From the NCBI GenBank assembly GCA_964188305.1, contig OZ076901.1: a stretch of 64,000 nt of DNA; one strand, written 5' to 3'. The notes below the pieces were generated by a model that was not told the origin of the DNA, did no database searches, and saw only the letters and a list, made by a program, of their open reading frames with translations. The stretch is from Podarcis bocagei (taxonomy: Eukaryota). Shown in pieces: positions 61,889 through 64,000 of the stretch. Within the stretch, counting starts at the first letter, position 1. Each line of letters starts with the position of its first letter. Made by a program: the position numbers and the translations under genes.

Positions 61889-64000
61889 TACCTTGGTCCC
61901 CTGGCCCACTGGCAGAGACCAGAATGTGTTTTCTTTGCAATTTGTTATTCTTTTTTCTAAGCAGTTAGTTTTTGGGGTTGTGTGAATATATAAAGGAATG
62001 GATGTATTTCTGTTTTGTTTTTTAAGCCGAATCCATTCTATTTTCCTGCACTGTATCTAGGCCCAACCAGCAAAGTTATGCAAGGTTTGTGATTCCCATG
62101 CTTCATATCAGGGCTGGCAGGAGCACAATTACCATTCTGCTCCAGGCTTCATGAAACAGGTCCATTAATTTCTGTGAGACACTTGTCACATTTGCAAAAA
62201 CTGCATTCAAAATGTATTAGCTGCATGCAAGTAAAATATCCCACTAGCTGCAGCATTTTCTAAAGCAGCTACTAGTGCTGAACCACTTTCTCACTCCTGC
62301 TGTAATCATGTCCTGAAAAGTCCTCTAGTCCAACAAGCGTCAGACAACATCACCTGGCCAGCTGGGGGTGGGGTGGCGGTCACACATAGCTGAGACTGCA
62401 ACTGCTCCGAAGTCTGGTGAGTTCATGAATAAACCTCCTTAAGACAGTAGAGCGGAAGGACTGTGGTTAGTGGATCAAAGCACAAGATTACAAATCAAAC
62501 ATCCTTGCTTCCCTTTCTTAGCTCTAAGCATGAGACCTAGAGCAAAACAGTCTTACTTCTTATGCCTCAGAAGCTGAAGATGATGGTAGCAACCTATCAT
62601 AGTGAGTCCCTTTTAACTTGAAGCTGCCCAAATAAAGGTGGCCCTGCCTTTTGCAAGAAAAGGAGGCTGAACCTCAGTTGCAATTTCCTGATCTTTGGCT
62701 AAAGTGCTGTGGATATTTATGAAGGGCAGCTGAGAAATTCTCAAGCCTAAAAGCCAAGCTGGACAAGATAATGGAAATCCATGATCGGATTTGCAGTCAC
62801 TATAAATTTTAGCAAACAGCAGCCACAGAAGGAATTGTGGCACTGGAGGGAGTGGTTAACCCTTTCTCATCAGTTTTCCTAGATGAAAATGGCTGTTTGC
62901 CTCATTAGGAAAATCTTATATGTACAAGCAACTCCAAAATCTTGTCCACAAGTCCAAGTTTAACTCATTTCTACTTAGTCCAATAACTTTTCAGCTGTAC
63001 TTACGTTTATTAGCACTGTTCACATTTCTACTTTCTTAAAACATTTTAAACAATTTGCCCAAGGCCCTGCATTCCCTGCTACATATATGATGCAATGATC
63101 CAGCTATGGCTAACAAAAGCAAGAAATGCCACAGCTGGTGAACAGCCAACAATAATACCTCTGTATGTGTTCTTATTGTTCAATGGTATACTCTTGGTTG
63201 ATTTAAGACACTGTGATGGCATATGGGAATGGAAGTAGTCTCGTGAAGTTCATGACATTTAGGGCTGTGTAGGTCGAGATCAGTACAATGAAATATGCTC
63301 AGAAATCTATAGAGAGACAGTACAGAAGCTATGACATTGCATGCCCTCTGATGCCTATTCCCCATCTCACCCCTCATTTGAACTTATCACAATGAAAAAG
63401 GGAGGAAGGATCTGCTTCTCAAAGCTCTGAGACCCAGCCTAATTGAGATTCCTGCATGGTTCATTTCAGATGTAAGAACTGAGAATAGTATGATCTTGTT
63501 ACCCTATTTGGCAGTTTCCCAAAGTCAGTTGGGAGTCAGGGGATCCGAAAGCCAAAATGGCACCCAGCCGGCACACCAGGAGGTTAAATCCCAAACTGAC
63601 CTTGCTGTGAAGTTCAAGACAGATTTGTTGCAGAGGATCCAGGAGTCTTTTTCAATGTGCTTTCGGGATGATTTGTGCTCATGGTGGTATTGATGTGGGG
63701 ATAAGCAATCCTGCTCTCAACACTGTTAATACCCTCTAAAGTTTTGTGCTGCTTTGTTTTTTAGTGGTGCACATCCTGTAGTTTCCTGCTAAAATCCTCT
63801 AACTTTACATATTACAAATGTTCCAAGAAGGGATTATAAAATGAAATTTAACACACACCTTGGCCTGAAAAAAGAGATTTTTGGGTGCCTACTTTAGTTG
63901 TCCTATTGTGCAAGGATGCCCTTCCAGATGGAAGTAACGTGGTAACACTAGGGAAGCATTGCAGAGAAATTAATGAAGCAGAATGATGTGTGGGCGGTCC

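Overview
Vertebrate genomic DNA, not prokaryotic; the repeat content points to a squamate, most likely a lacertid lizard. The minus strand carries DIXDC1 (Dixin/Ccd1). I traced 19 coding exons (exons 2-20 by mammalian numbering, 46772 down to the TAA at 1179-1181) with GT-AG junctions and consistent phases, plus an internal alternative first exon (MGGKQVKC, 29139-29161) for the short isoform lacking the CH domain. Exon 1 of the long isoform was not found and probably lies beyond the window. Intron 9 contains a young, apparently intact Ty3/Gypsy chromovirus of the Tf1/sushi type (13437-19001; 454-bp LTRs differing at 2 sites; GCCCC TSD), antisense to the host gene. It shows an 11-nt self-priming PBS and a -1 frameshift pseudoknot. 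Its Pol ORF runs about 116 codons into the 3' LTR and, just after the chromodomain, carries two tandem acidic F/LxGF motifs resembling LEDGF-IBD/TFIIS-N-domain-binding motifs, a candidate host-tethering system for integration. The introns also hold a truncated Penelope insertion with minimal hammerhead ribozyme motifs, CR1 and BovB LINE fragments, SINEs, many non-autonomous Tc1/mariner and hAT elements, and a ~500-bp direct duplication bracketing exons 12-16. All coordinates were counted by eye.
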